From positions 124,001 through 188,000 of the forward strand of contig NW_021832226.1 of NCBI RefSeq assembly GCF_006345805.1: a stretch of 64,000 nt of DNA, given 5' to 3'. This DNA is from Octopus sinensis. Its lineage: Eukaryota. The position numbers were made by a program, and so were the translations under genes. Positions within the stretch are counted from its first letter, which is position 1; each line of letters opens with the position of its first letter. The notes under the pieces are model-generated. The model was not told where the DNA came from, did no database searches, and saw only the letters and a program-made list of their open reading frames with translations. Shown here piece after piece: positions 11,302 to 24,329 of this stretch.

Positions 11302-12802
11302 ATGGTAGAAAAAAATGACAATGTTGTATCGAGAAAATCTTTTGTGGCTCCATCCCAAAAATTTTTAGGTTTTTCAGCAAATGAATCTCTACAAATCGTG
11401 TCACCAGGCCAAGTATATTCAATCTATTAGGACAGGACGAAAACTGGGTGACAGCAATCAACAACGAAGGGACACGTGGATTAATTCCACTAAGCTATGT
11501 ATGGAAACGAGGCGAAGTAGTCACAAATATGGAATCGTATAAACTAGTTAATATAGCTAGATGTTACCACGGGAAAATAGACAGAATGGAAGCTGAGGAG
11601 ATTTTGAGCTGTGCCTGTGAAGGGAGTTATTTACTGAGAGACTCTTCGTCTCAGTCTGGGACATATGTATTGTCTACGTTTTCTGGAGAGAAAGTAATCC
11701 ACTATTGCATATTCAAACTGGAGACGGGGTATTCAATTGATAAGATATTAATATTTACCAATATTCGAGAACTGTTGCACGTTTGCTTTGAAATAATTTT
11801 CAGTATTATTGTGAAAATGCAACTCTGGGGTATTTTCTTACAAATGGAATCATTCCGGAAAACAGGGAGAGTGTGATTGATAGAGTGGCCTTCCAATCTC
11901 AAGGATGGTTCATCGATCCTGGCAACTTGGTGATTATTAAGAAAATAGGTTCTGGAGAATTTGGAGGTTGATTCCATCTAACTATTATAGACGTATACTA
12001 TGGAAAGTATCAGGAACAAGAAGTAGCACTTAAACAGCTTAAAGACAACCGAGGAATCAACGACTTTCTCAAAGAGGCTTTGATGATGACGTAATATCTT
12101 AATTCATAATTAGGGCGATTTGTGATGTTCATATCGTCCGTTTATTTGGAGTTTCTATCGGCAAAGTAGTCACAATTGTTACTGAATTCCTCGCGAATGG
12201 AAGTCTTTTAAATTACCTTCGATCGCGAGGGAAAACTGAGATTTCTGAAACCGACCAACTTTCATTTTCTTTGTATATTGGTAAAATTATAAATGATAGA
12301 GATATCGCTTCTGGAATGGCTTATTTGGAGAGACATCAAGTTATTCATCGAGACGTTGCTGCCAGAAATATTCTTATTAGCAAAGAAAACTGTGCTAAGG
12401 TTGGTTTAACTAACATAATCATAGGTGGCTGATTTGGGAATGGCAGCTCTCAACACCGATGCTCATAATAAAGTCAAGCTTTCAGTACGTTGGGCAGCCC
12501 CTGAGACCATTAGCAAACGAGTATATCTCGATGTTTATTTATAGATTTATACCACTAAATCAGATGTCTGGAGTTATGGAGTTGTTTTATGGGAAATTTA
12601 CTCTTTCGGATTAACTCCGTATGCCAAATTATCAGTCGATGAAATAATGTCGGCAGTTCAGTCAGGTTATCAACTGGAGATACCATTAAACTGTCCAAAA
12701 GCAATATATTCTCTTATGCATCGTTGTTGGAACATTGACCCTGCATCCCGTCCTTCCTTTGAATCGTTATTTTCACTTATAAAAATATTAAAGACAATTT
12801 AA
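11302..12802 (+). CDS. CSK: C-terminal Src kinase-like tyrosine kinase (SH3-SH2-TyrK)
   Basis: Eight introns of 23-27 nt give an open frame: SH3 (ENWVTA..GLIPLSYV), SH2 (YHGKI..GSYLLRDS), kinase (IGSGEFGDV, VALKQLK, GSLLNYLRSRG, HRDVAARN, RWAAPE, SDVWSYG, WEIYSFG). There is no myristoylation site and no tail Tyr, as expected for Csk. Confidence 0.85.
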
Positions 12803-13239
12803 TTCTATTCGTGATTAATTTATATGTTGAGTACTAAAACTTGAGATTAGCATATTTTGTTAAAACTAGCTTATTCCTTTTTCCTTATTTTTTTGTTATT
12901 AAAAGAAATTTTTTATTCAAATATGGCTCACATTAAACCCAAATTGTTAAATTTATTTTTATCAAAATACAAATAGGAGTGTTAATGAAATTGTAGTAAA
13001 GTAATGGTTCGGAAAGAAAGTAACACGTTTAAAACGATTTTTTCAATCAATCAGTCAATGAACCACAATATTCTGAAATTTAAACATAAAACCCTTTATT
13101 CACTAATCTTCAATAGACGTCCATCTTAAATAAAAAAATATTTTTAATAAGTATCTATAAATCCACAAATATAAATTAATTTTTTGCATTAAAAGTACAA
13201 AAAAACTATTTTTAATCAAACAATTTTATATTAGGAACA

Positions 13240-13643
13240 TTATCGAGAATATGGAGAAACAAGTACGACTCCGTCACCCCTTATAAACAGCATTGGAATT
13301 TCTCTTCGCTTAATCTTAAATATATTTAGTAGAGAACATCACTCGAGAGACTTCTTCTAATGAATCTGGCTCCATTTCGACATAAGTCACTTTTTCTTCT
13401 GCTTCTGATAATACCATGTTAAGATGTTGATCAAAAGCCTAAAATTGTTGCTTCATTTACAATATATTTTAAACAACAAAATAACATACATGTAATCGGC
13501 CTGCAATTTCTCTGTTGTATCTCATTTTAATTGATATTTTTTCATTTAAACATATTTTTAAAAAATCAAAAGGTTCTTCTATACTTCCAGAATTAATTGA
13601 CTAATTATATTAAACAAAAAATAACAACATCATTATTCGACAT
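13240..13643 (-). CDS. LSM3: U6 snRNA-associated Sm-like protein LSm3
   Basis: Not in the ORF track. Splicing 3 introns gives [57 protein letters not shown]...[18 protein letters not shown]. Confidence 0.92.
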
Positions 13644-14032
13644 TGTACAATCTATTTTAACACGTTGAATAATTTCATTAATATTGGATATTATATTAAT
13701 ATTTTATTTGCAAAAATAGCCAGATAAGTCATATTTAAATATTTACCGAGTCACCATATCGTTCAAGTCGGGAAACAACGTGTCGGGTGCTTTGTTTGCA
13801 TTTTTTGCCTGAGAAAGTTAATCCGCTTGATTTTGGAAGAGGAAAGACGGATCTCTAGACGGAGCAGACATGAAGAAGAGAAATGACTTTAATATTTTTA
13901 TCAGATCTAACTTAAAACCTATAAGATTTCTAATTTTAAAAATATTATATTTAGTTCATAATTATTTATAAAAATATATTAATACGCCCTATTTTAAGGT
14001 TGTTTGTAGTATATTCAAATCAGTTAAAATCA

Positions 14033-14557
14033 ATGGAAACTGAACAATCAGAACTATACGAACACTGGCCCACTGGACTTGGGCTTGTTCAAATAATCCT
14101 TGGGTTCTTCTCAACAATAGTCGGTTTCATAGAATGTGGAACACTTCAAATGCTTAAAAATCCAGAAAATAAGTTTTCCTTCGAAATTTCTAAAGAAAAT
14201 TCTTTTGGAGTAGCAATTTGGTCTGGAATTGTACTTATTTTGACTGGGGCAACCGCAGTGAGAGCTTCCCTCACTCGTCGCTTGACAACTGTTTACAATT
14301 TTTTTCTTTTGAACGGGTTTTCGCTAATCGTCCATGCCATTTCTATAATTATTCTTCTTTATGGATACGGAAAAGGATGGTTTGAAGGCCAGAATTTGTT
14401 TTTGGAAGTTCATTCTGCTGCGATGACAGCTGTATTCTTCGGATTCGTTATTGGAGTGTTCACAGTCGTTAAATATCTACCCGATATAGGGTATGGAGAG
14501 GTGCGGATGTTCAAAGACCTTTATTCAAATTTTAATATTTTTAGTTCTAAAGTTTAA
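14033..14557 (+). CDS. MS4A/CD20-like four-pass membrane protein
   Basis: Four hydrophobic segments, with the LGLVQIILG and AIWSGIVLILTG motifs characteristic of the CD20 family. The exact 3' end depends on a possible terminal intron. Confidence 0.65.
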   Translation: METEQSELYEHWPTGLGLVQIILGFFSTIVGFIECGTLQMLKNPENKFSFEISKENSFGVAIWSGIVLILTGATAVRASLTRRLTTVYNFFLLNGFSLIVHAISIIILLYGYGKGWFEGQNLFLEVHSAAMTAVFFGFVIGVFTVVKYLPDIGYGEVRMFKDLYSNFNIFSSKV

Positions 14558-14929
14558 TCTTATTTAATGACTAAAAATTTTGACAAATATTTGGAAATTT
14601 AGTATTCATTTTTGCTCTATTTTTTTAAAAAAGATCGTTTTTATTTTTCTAAATAAAAAATAATGTCATATTTTAGTTTCATTCGATTCAGCTAAATGAA
14701 GAAATTTTTCTAAAAAGACTCTATTTGAACAATAAAATGCACAAAATTATTAATACGGATTGATAATTTGACTATTTGTTAACAGCCACTTTTATTTAGT
14801 TTAAATTTCGTGAAATGAACTAGTAAATTCGATTGTTTATTTTTTGAGGCGGCCTACTGCAATTTAGTAAATTTGAATTTGTCTATAATTACTTTTTCCA
14901 TCGAGTGGAAGATTTAAACCGTTTAATGT

Positions 14930-15850
14930 TGTCGAAAATTGTATAAAAATGAGATAATTAGTGCTAAAACACCTTCCATCATCTTTGATCGACATTTTTC
15001 CAAATTGACCAGTAAATACTACTCGCCGGTTTTAGACAGAAAAAGAACAGCAATGGAGAAATGCTTTTGCTGTATATGTCTAACCTCGCTTATATCCCAT
15101 TTGTTAAAGTGTAGATAAACATTCCACCTGTCCATCACAGATAGAGCAAATTTGATAAACCACGAAGCCAACCTGAGTCTTCACATCCACCCACATTGAC
15201 AGTAGTTAGTTTTTGTGGGCTCTCGCGAGGAATTTGTTAACCAATGCCTGGTTCTTAGCTGTCTGGCAATTTCATCGATTGCCTAACTGGTTTTCGGACC
15301 GAACTCCATTTACCTTTAAAAATTCCTGATCTCAGTAGCCATCATCTTAGTCATCAACTTTTATAGCTTATTAAGTGATATTCTTAATAGCGGACGGAGT
15401 ATCTACTTTAGGAATTAAGTAAGTGGCCCCAATAAATAACTACACTAAAATCAACGCAGAATTCATTGTAAACTGTTTGATTGTTAACTTCGTCCAACCA
15501 TGGAATAGTTCGCTATTTTTATACACTTTATTGACACCAATTGTCTTCCAGACAGAAATGAGTTACTGCCGATGTCAGAGACATCAGAGAACTTGATCAT
15601 CGACTGTGTATCGGATCCACCAAACAAAAAACAACACACAGTTGTGATGCGAGGTTTTACTTTCCACATACTCCACCCATGTGTGAGGTATTTCGGTCTC
15701 ATACTGGGTACCCTCCTTAGCCTCTCCATGCAGCTCCCAATATAACAATCGACAATTAAACTCAAATAGGTTTTTTCGGCTGCATGGATACCGAGATTCG
15801 TGAGTTGAAAGTCCTTTCAACTTCTGCTCAGATACGACTCAAATCATTAA
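14930..15850 (-). mobile_element. Degraded RLE-type non-LTR element, RT and upstream region
   Basis: Fragments LIPKVDTP, KL*KLMTKMM, SENQLG..AKNQALVNK, MWVDVK, SPLLF and KNLFEFNCRLLYWEL, broken by stops and deletions. Confidence 0.65.
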
Positions 15851-15859
15851 GGTCTAATA

Positions 15860-16380
15860 TGGTAATTCTTGTTCGACGAAATAACTAAAGAAGAATAGGC
15901 CGCAAATTTCTGAGCATCCTGGGAACTCTTCCCAACACTTAAGAAAGAGGAGATTTAACCGAGTGCTGGACTCAGTCCCTTCTACTATGTCCCAAATCAA
16001 CCTCACTCTCTTAAGGCCCATTTTCAGTGCACGAATGGGCAGATTCATGTCAACGCGCAGTAGATTCAGGGGCTACCTCCTCAATAGGCATCGATAACCC
16101 GTGCCTTGTCTCGGCTTGCATGCTCTCTAAGGTCTTCCACAACACCAGTGTCTGGATATATGCCTTCACCCTGTCCTCCACGCCATGCGCCTCCAGATGG
16201 TTTTTGAAGAATTTTGACACTATTCCATCCCAGGTCAACGACAGGGACGATTTTTTTACTTTTGCCCGGTGGATCGCTTTCAGTTCATTCGCCAAAAAGT
16301 CGTATTTGTGGAACTTTTGCACTTCGACCTGCATGGATGTTTCTACGGAGATTGGGGAAAAGATCACGTTTTTTGACAAG
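15860..16380 (-). mobile_element. RLE-type non-LTR 3' fragment
   Basis: QVEVQKFHKYDFLANEL...LTWDGIVSKFFKNHL...KAYIQTLVL. Close DNA match to 50270-50540. Confidence 0.85.
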
Positions 16381-16399
16381 TTAGAGTATTTCTAGATTT

Positions 16400-17260
16400 T
16401 ATTTTTTTCAGTCTTTTTAGGGGCTGACCTTGAACTGATTACGAGTCGACTATATTCGTCTTCAAGAAAGTGTCCATGCAGTCCCACACGAGGCATTTCT
16501 CATTAATCCACTGAAAATGATGACTCCATCTAGGCGTTTCCCTTCTCCACGATCAAGCTCAACAGGTTCAAGTTTGGTAGGAAATCCAGTAGTTTGTAAC
16601 GCAGTCGAAATAATCTTGTTGATAGCGGAATGCCTGGGTGCACAGCCAGCACTCATTCTGCATAAAAGGGGGTGTAGTCCTTTGGTATCGACTTTACTAT
16701 CACATCGGCATTGGCCCCCGAACAGACATTAAGTCCCAAGCGCATTACAACGCCAATCCTCACAGTCTTTATCGAAAAAAGTTCCAGACTGAGAAAAAGT
16801 GGGAATTAAACCACGTACCATTTTCAGGTCTAGTAGCGGCAGCGAAACAAGCAAGGCGGTCCTGACCAATGTAGGTCTAATTGGGTCAATTTTAGCTTTG
16901 CTGGAGATATCATCCCATTCCCATTGGCGTGAGATGCTAGCTGGAATAGCCAATCCGTATCCCTTCCAGAGTTCGCAAGCTCCAGAAAAAATCCGGTCCT
17001 CTTCCAATCTGCGAGAGTTACGTATGATTTGGATAATAAGGACATGGAAGCTGACGCGTAAGAAGAGAAACGCAAGAAGGGCCATGCCCAGTGGAGAACG
17101 TAGTCCAACTCCACCAAGGCGTAGAAGTACTTTGCAACAAATCCATCCAGCTCATCAAAGCATATGTTTTCAGCGACCAACTTAAAAGAAGTATCGAGCG
17201 ATTGAAGCATGTCAGATTGTATTGAGGAGCTTGATGTTCGCAGCAAGTCTTGCCAGAATC
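16400..17260 (-). mobile_element. CRE-like (RLE) non-LTR fragment
   Basis: SAGCAPRHSAINKII..LEPVELDRGEGKRLDG and RLGLNVCSGANADV..GLHPLLC: zinc-knuckle plus RLE motifs, with frameshifts. Confidence 0.8.
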
Positions 17261-17329
17261 TACATGTTAATTATTCTATAAATGTTTAGTAAATTTTTAG
17301 TAAAAATCCTAACATACTAGGATGGAAGC

Positions 17330-17620
17330 CCTAAGTGAAAGCCCTAAAAAAGAATTGTATCAAAGTACTACAAAGGCCACCAAGAAATGAAACCAAGGCA
17401 TATATTCAGTCAGTCATTGTTCGGAAAACACGGAAAAGCATGCAAGTGGACCAAAAATAAATAGAAGAAGCCTGAAATAGAAGCTCAGTTGCATGAAACG
17501 TCAAAATCTGGATTGCAAATGATCAGAAAATATAACTCATTCTGGCTTCTCTTGGTCGCTGTAAAGAAAAAGGTTATACACAGAGTTGATTAATACAAAT
17601 CAAATCAATTAATTAGTTAA
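17330..17620 (+). mobile_element. RLE-type non-LTR 3' remnant
   Basis: KAYIQSVIVRKTRKSMQVD matches the C-terminus of the other RLE copies. Confidence 0.5.
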
Positions 17621-17703
17621 ATAAAACATTATTAATATATTTTATTAGCCAATAAACTGTTACAGCTGTGTTGTTATCCTGTTGGTAAAATTTAGTAAAA
17701 TAA

Positions 17704-18986
17704 ATGGAATATTCATATGATATTGAATGGCTAGAAAGTACATTTAATAACGTGGATTTTTTTAATCACGGAAATTTATTTAATAATCTGCTAAAGAAAG
17801 AAATATTGAATTTGATTATAAATAATTTTGAATTACTCAAAGTCCCTACAATATTGAATATATTCTCTGGGTTACTCTTATTTCAAGAAAATAAAATAAC
17901 ACAAGTTTTCCAATTTTCAATATTAAAATAGTTTTTTGAAGAAATTAAAATTATTATTGAAAAGTGCCGTACAAAGTTTCAAAAAGAACATTGGGCTTTT
18001 CTTTTCTCAGAATTACTCGAAAAAATTTCTGGAAAAACGGATATTTTTGAATCAGAAATTAAAGAAAAATTCCTGAATATTCAAAGTTTAAAAAATCTAA
18101 TTATTTTATTGATCTCACTCCGAGTACCTCATGTCTTGAGGCTGTTGCGATGGAGAGTTCTCTTCGGTCAAAAGAAGAGCAAGAATTACTACAAAACAAA
18201 CATTTTAATTCTGTTTATAAAACAAAGGACTCTTATTCGAAACAAGTTCTCGACGAAGGTACAAAAACGATTATATTTTAGCATATAAGTCTGCCAAAAA
18301 CACATCTGAAGAAACACATGAGAACAACCCTTTTAATATGGGTTTAACTTTTTGTTTAGAAATATAATTTGTAGAAATTATACAAACTCCAGTTATCCCA
18401 AAGATAAATTCGTCTATTCCATCATCACCAAAAGTACTTCACGAGAAGAGACATGGAGTCAAATTGCTCGATATGTGTGATCAGCCTGCCATCATCGACA
18501 GAAATAAACGAAAGAGACCATCTCCAGGTATACAAGTGATTAAGACATTCGTAGAATTGGAGGTCACTAAGCCAAGGGAAGATTTTCCACGAAATAAATA
18601 TTTGAATATCTTACCTCGAAAGAGCTGTCAGAACACGCCAGTTTATGTCGAGTCTTTGCTTTCAAATCGAAATGCAGTGATATCACGGACACAGGTTGAC
18701 GTCTCCGTGATCAAACACGTGATGGAATTTTGTAGTCAACTACCAAAAACTCAGAAAGCTCTTGTTATGAATTTTATCACTCGAGACCCTTCAAAATGTA
18801 TTTTTGAGTTTATTGAGTCCAGGCTCATTAACGGGACTGACTCATATCAAGTTGTCGGAGTCTATAAGGAATGTGCGTGGTATTGATGGCACTATGAGGG
18901 CCTATAAGGTTATAAATCGATTGGAAATGGACTATAATACAGGGATTTGGGAAGTCGTCAGAAGTTCCCAGCCAATGTTGATTTGA
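17704..18986 (+). CDS. NELFA: Negative elongation factor A
   Basis: Multi-exon gene with HGVKLLDMCDQP..RKR, KALVMNFI and, after a 25-nt intron, HIKLSESI...RLEMDYNTGIW. These match the NELF-A motifs GVKLLDI, KALILGF and IKLSE..FEMNY.TG.W. Confidence 0.78.
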
Positions 18987-19473
18987 TTTTGTTATTATGA
19001 ATAAAGTATTTTTAGCAGTGAAAATGTATTGGTAGCCTTAAAAATATTACCAAAATTTCTTAGTTTGTTTACTACTTAAAATTGGTTCATATTTGAAAAC
19101 TCAATGCTTTGGTCTTAATTAGTGCCAATGTGGGTAATCATGTTAGACTCTAATAAAAAAATCGGTTAAGGTTTAAGGCCTCTTTGTGCCTAGTTGTCAG
19201 GATAGGACTGAATCTGGGAACATCAGACCAGATACACTCCAGATTCCGCTTAAGAATATCGACACACATAATCAACTTATAACGACTATAATAATATCTT
19301 TAACAAATTAAAAAAACACTCAACAGTGGATGGCCAATTTTACTTATTATTCCCCATTCTCATATCAAAAATTCCGTTCAATATTGTCAGTTATTTCCAC
19401 GTTAAATCAATCTTTAGACAAAATTACGCGTCTAACCAGAATACACAAAGCTGGTGAAAAATAAATTAAAAAA

Positions 19474-20778
19474 TTATAAATTTAAAAGTTCATGTGTGAA
19501 TCTGTCAAGATATGAACTGTCTGTATTAAGCTAAATGTAATTTAAAACATAATACAGTTGTTCTCATCAGGTTTTGGCATCGATAACAATAATGAAATAA
19601 ATTTTTATTTCTAAATTCAATTCTCTTAGAATAATACTCAGTAATATTCACACTGGAATTTATCAGTTGACTGCAGTAATTAAGATACCCCATAACAGAA
19701 GATTCCTTCCCAATTACATTTTTACAAAGCAAACAAAATTCGTCAGTCTCATTCTTCTGTGGAAGAACCAGTTTTTTGAAAACACTATTAAATATAAAAA
19801 TATATTTTAGTTATTTAATATAATAAATACTAACCCAAAACCCGCATTTGTGGTGCATGCATATCCCTTTTGAGTACTGTTCAGGAAATCAGAAACCATA
19901 TTTTGTAACTTAAAATCCACCGAATTTTGAATCTATAAATTAAAACATTAAAATACATAAATATCCTCATCCATTCCAATACCAAATATGTCTGCATAGT
20001 CATTTATCTCTGACTGAGTTAGTTCACACAAAGCATTAACAAAATAAACATCAGCTGAACTATCACATTCGATCTATAAATTTAACACAACTGCAATACA
20101 GCCGAGTAAATGCTGTTGTCCCCATTTCCTAAGGTCATGTCGTATAAAAGATTTTCCAAACAGCTTGTCTTGCTTTCGGCCATTAAAACACGAGTAGCCC
20201 CAAATTTGAGAGACAGGTGAAAAAGAATTCTTTTTCTATATTTTAATGCGTTATTAAGTAAACTTTAATACTTTTCTTAGACCATCAGGCATCGTAGAAA
20301 CTCTAAGAAGACCTTCAACGATATCGTTTTTTGAAATATTATTTACAGAAAAGGAAATTAAGTAAAAAAACTAAACATCAAAGATCATTTATTACTGAAT
20401 TTAAATTAACGGTAATTTCATTTTCTAAAATTTCAATTTCTTTGGATGAATTATTTTCAATAAAATTTAGATAAATTGGTATGAATCTGTTTGAGTGATT
20501 TTTCTATACAATTTAAATCAAGTGAATATTTTTGTTCTTTACAAGTTCAATCATGTGTTTAAGTACAGCGAAAGATTTGTTTTTAATGCAGTTTATTAGT
20601 ACTTTTGTATTGTGATTTATCCCATTTCTTTTTCCAACTACAGCTCTGACCTTCTTTTCACAGTAGTTAACGAAACATTTTCTTAAAGGTGATTAGTTAA
20701 CTAGAACTTGCAAAATCCTACATCCTGGCACAAATAGAGTGTTGAAAAAATCCTACAACGTCGGCAATTTCCTTCCAT
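19474..20778 (-). CDS. CTU2: Cytoplasmic tRNA 2-thiolation protein 2 (Ncs2/CTU2)-like
   Basis: N-terminal CRRC..LC and KVRAVVGK; central ILFHLSLKFGATRVLMAESKTSCLENLLYDMTLGNG and DVYFVNALCELTQSEINDY; C-terminal CLLC and CYRC. Motif order resembles CTU2; not all exons were resolved. Confidence 0.6.
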
Positions 20779-20869
20779 CACATGCTATTTTAAAATAATT
20801 AAAAAATAAAAAGTTTAACTATAAAAAATTTTGATATTAGAGTTTTTAAATATTTAGGTCCCCAGACGG

Positions 20870-22340
20870 GGAAAATAACTTAGCCAAACCTTACACTGCC
20901 ACTGATCACATTCTCTTGAAGATCTCGAACCTTCGGAAAGACAGGAAGATCCCAATAAAAATCCCTAAAGGAGTACGAATTGCCGCAGCAACGTATTTTT
21001 CAGATGCCATTGATCATTGTACTGACAGTCGGGAACCCTGGCTAAAACTTATATGCCTTACACCTGTCGCATTCAGAGTATTTAGAACGGAATTTGATAA
21101 CAATAATAAAGAAACTCCCGGCTCAACTCAACCGGGAAATTGAAAGGAAGCATAATGAATTTTTGCGTCATTACCTTCACGCAATACTTGAACAGCCACT
21201 TAATGTTAATGAGGTCGAAACCAGAGGTGCATACACCAAAGATATCCCCAACAAACTGAAAAAGATAGTAAACCGGAAACTTCTGGAGGGCGATGTGCAG
21301 ACAGCCCTACGGGTTATCACTTCCGATGATAGAGTATCCCTAAGGTCCTGAATACCTTAATACTGAAGCACCCAGATGCACCGACTGACTATGAAAAGTT
21401 TTTGAATCTTGAAAGAACCCCGGAGATTATCATTACCGAATCAGAAGTGTGTCACGGAATTGCTTCCTACGCCGAGTGCTGCGGCAAAGGCTTGGAAGGG
21501 CTACTTTCTGGCTATATAAAGGACCTTACGTCCACTTACACCTTGGAAGCTGGACGCTCTCTTGTCAAATCAATTACGGGCCTAATCAGAAAAATGATCA
21601 ATGGCTAAATCAATAATTTGACAGAGAATTGCTCTTCCCCGCAAGGTTACTTGCTTTTAAAAAATCCAATGGAGGAATCAGCCACGTTGTGATCGGAAAC
21701 TATTTTAAAAGACTTACTGCAAAGGTTTGGAGAGGAGTTCTTTCCTAAAAATGGGTGTTCGTATCCAGAACGGATGTGAGGCTGCGGTTCATGCTGCAAG
21801 ACGTTTTTAAAGAGAGAAATATTTCAAACGAATGCATTGGAATCAAGTTGGATATTATGCACTCAATTCTCTCAGAAGGGATACTACAAGTGAAGAGAAT
21901 AAAGCATAGCTCGGTGCAATACCTTGCCCAAACCTCAGGAGTTTTTGAAATCGGGCAAAGGCTAAGATTAGACGTTTGCCAGAAGCACCGATGCCACAGT
22001 CAATGCGAAGGGATTGCACCCGCTATCCTGCAGAAAAAGCTCCGGAAGAAAACAACCCCACGCTTATCTGAACGATGTGATCTTCAGAACTCTGTAGGCT
22101 ACAGGCTTCCCAGCACAGCGTGAACTAGTTGGTCTTGGTCAAAAAGATGGAAAGAGACCAGACGGGATGACCCTTTTCCCTTTCACATCCGGAAGATCTT
22201 TGGGATAGGACGCAATTTGTGTTGACATGTATTAAAGAATAACCTCCTTAAATTGGTTCAGACTCCTGGAGTAGCTGCTCGAATCGCGGAAAATCTGAAA
22301 TGACTGCTACAGATTTACCCCTGTGGTGGCCGAGTTGACA
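20870..22340 (+). mobile_element. CRE-like non-LTR element with large internal deletions
   Basis: IPKGVRIAAA, LLEGDVQTALRVI, AFKKSNGGI..IGNYFKRLTAK, QMGVRIQNGCEAAVHA, then a jump to HRC..HPLSCRKSSGR and DGKRPDGMTLFPF. The RT core is missing. Confidence 0.82.
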
Positions 22341-22449
22341 CTTTTGGTCTTTAAAAAATTACAATTCTAAAGATCAAAAAATGAATTGGTAGAATAATAG
22401 ATAAACCCGAACTAAGATTGAATCAAAAGTAGAAAAGAAAAACTACAAT

Positions 22450-23270
22450 TTAATCAACAAAGTAATTTACAACAAGCAATGGCTCGAAATAATCTCGATA
22501 CTTTTTTAAACGGACAAATTTAATTAGAAGAGGATTGGTAAGCCATATATGATCAGTGTACGGTAAAGGACTCATATAAACGGAATTATTAACAAATCCA
22601 CGCTCAATCGTACTACAATAACTTATACCGTCCCCATCAGCAATACCTAAAAACATAACACATTAATCAGACAACATAAAATAATGCAAAAACTAAAATT
22701 TACTTTGGTTAGATTCCAACTCTGCTTTTTCTACCACAACTTGAACTAAAAATATTAATTATAAATACAAAAACCTGCTTCAAATGAATCATCAAGTATT
22801 TCGTTATTTTGTATGTTAGTTTCATCATTTTGCATTGGACTGGAAATATTAGCATCACCTGAGTCTGAGGGATTTAAACTATCAACAATTCGGTCATCTT
22901 TAACATAATAAAAAGTATACTAACCAGACTGTAATTCCATACTTGAATTCTCATCACTTATATCAGGTGTTTTAATCTCGTCGGTAAGATCCAAAGAATC
23001 AACTATTATCCCATCAATTATAAGATTACCCCTCATCACATTATCCTGTTCCACATTTATCGACATTTCTATTACACAGCTTTCCGAATACGACTCAATT
23101 GGTTCACTTACTGACTGCAAACTGGGATTTGACTTAATAGGCTGCTCGTAGTGCTCTGAATAAGTATCATCCAATATTTGAATTGGTACAGAACAATCTA
23201 AAACTAAGTATTTTGATACTCACCATCCGAATCAGATTTGTTTTTGTACGAATGAGTTGGAGTTGCCTAC
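22450..23270 (-). CDS. Acidic low-complexity exons, probably the C-terminal tail of the ankyrin gene (or a separate gene)
   Basis: Asp/Glu/Ser-rich exons joined by GT-AG micro-introns, ending at TAA 22450. The link to upstream exons was not resolved. Confidence 0.4.
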
Positions 23271-24329
23271 CATTGTGATCAATAAGCATACAAATGTATT
23301 ATTAGGATATATATGTCACAGGCCACAACTGTTACTCCGCCAGATATGTACACTAAAAATCATATAAATAGAAATAAAAACTTTTAAAATTAAAAATTAA
23401 TACAAAGCATAACCTAATTGTTCGCAAAAATATGCTTTTCTGAATAGAAAAAATTTGGACTGAAACATGAATTTTTTCCCAAAAACAACATACCGTGTAA
23501 AATATGAGTTTTAAATTATTTAGCAATCTATTTAATTTTGGCTTATCCATATCTTTTTTTTATTAAATAATTATTCTTTTTTTTTAATAAAAAAAATTTT
23601 AAAAGCCCTCTTATTAGTTTTAAAACGTTTTCTATCAAGGAATCACAAAAAGAAGGATCATTCCCAATTTTAATTAAGCGTGACGTGAACATGTATTTTC
23701 TCATACATGTCACCTGTCTCACTTTGTATTGTTACTACAAAATCGTTTTTGCCACAATTGTGTATTTCACCATCTCTAATCCATCATAAAGTGGATATTG
23801 TCGTTTGTTAGCGTCATTATCTTGCCTAAATTACATGTTTATACATCCCAAATACCTTAAGATTACTATCTCTCCTACACTAAAAGTAGCCTCGTCATAC
23901 TTCCATTTTCTTCTCTGAGCCATTTTATCAGCTGCCAACAGAATATTTACATACGCTTCATCCTTTCCTCTTCCAAATATCTATGTCATCATTTGCATTA
24001 ATAAAAAAAACTAAAACTGGCAAGAATACATCGTTTTATGACACGATTGATCTCTGCAGTGATATTCCGTGGTATAAGCGCGCCAATTTTGAAAAACAAC
24101 CGGTCTCGACCAAAATGATTCAAATTATGTTCAGCCAATTGAAATAAACATTTATTATGCAAACTTCAATATATTTATCTTTAAGTTCAGTCATCGCTGC
24201 AGAAAAATCTAATTTAAGTCCATCTTAGTGATATATGGAGCTCCATCCAAAAAATCAAATTTATTTGCTAATTTCAGTAGTCTTGATCTTTGCATCCGCG
24301 AAAGCGTCCTGCTGACGAATACGAGCTCA

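Noticed and set aside
11405-11430. Non-canonical GC-AG intron in the CSK SH3 domain
   Set aside because: A canonical 23-nt GT-AG intron using the next AG gives the same PGQDENW peptide.
13770-13900. GC-richer block between LSM3 and the MS4A-like gene as an snRNA
   Set aside because: No U1, U2, U4, U5 or U6 signature was recognisable. More likely promoter or 5' UTR of the divergent gene pair.
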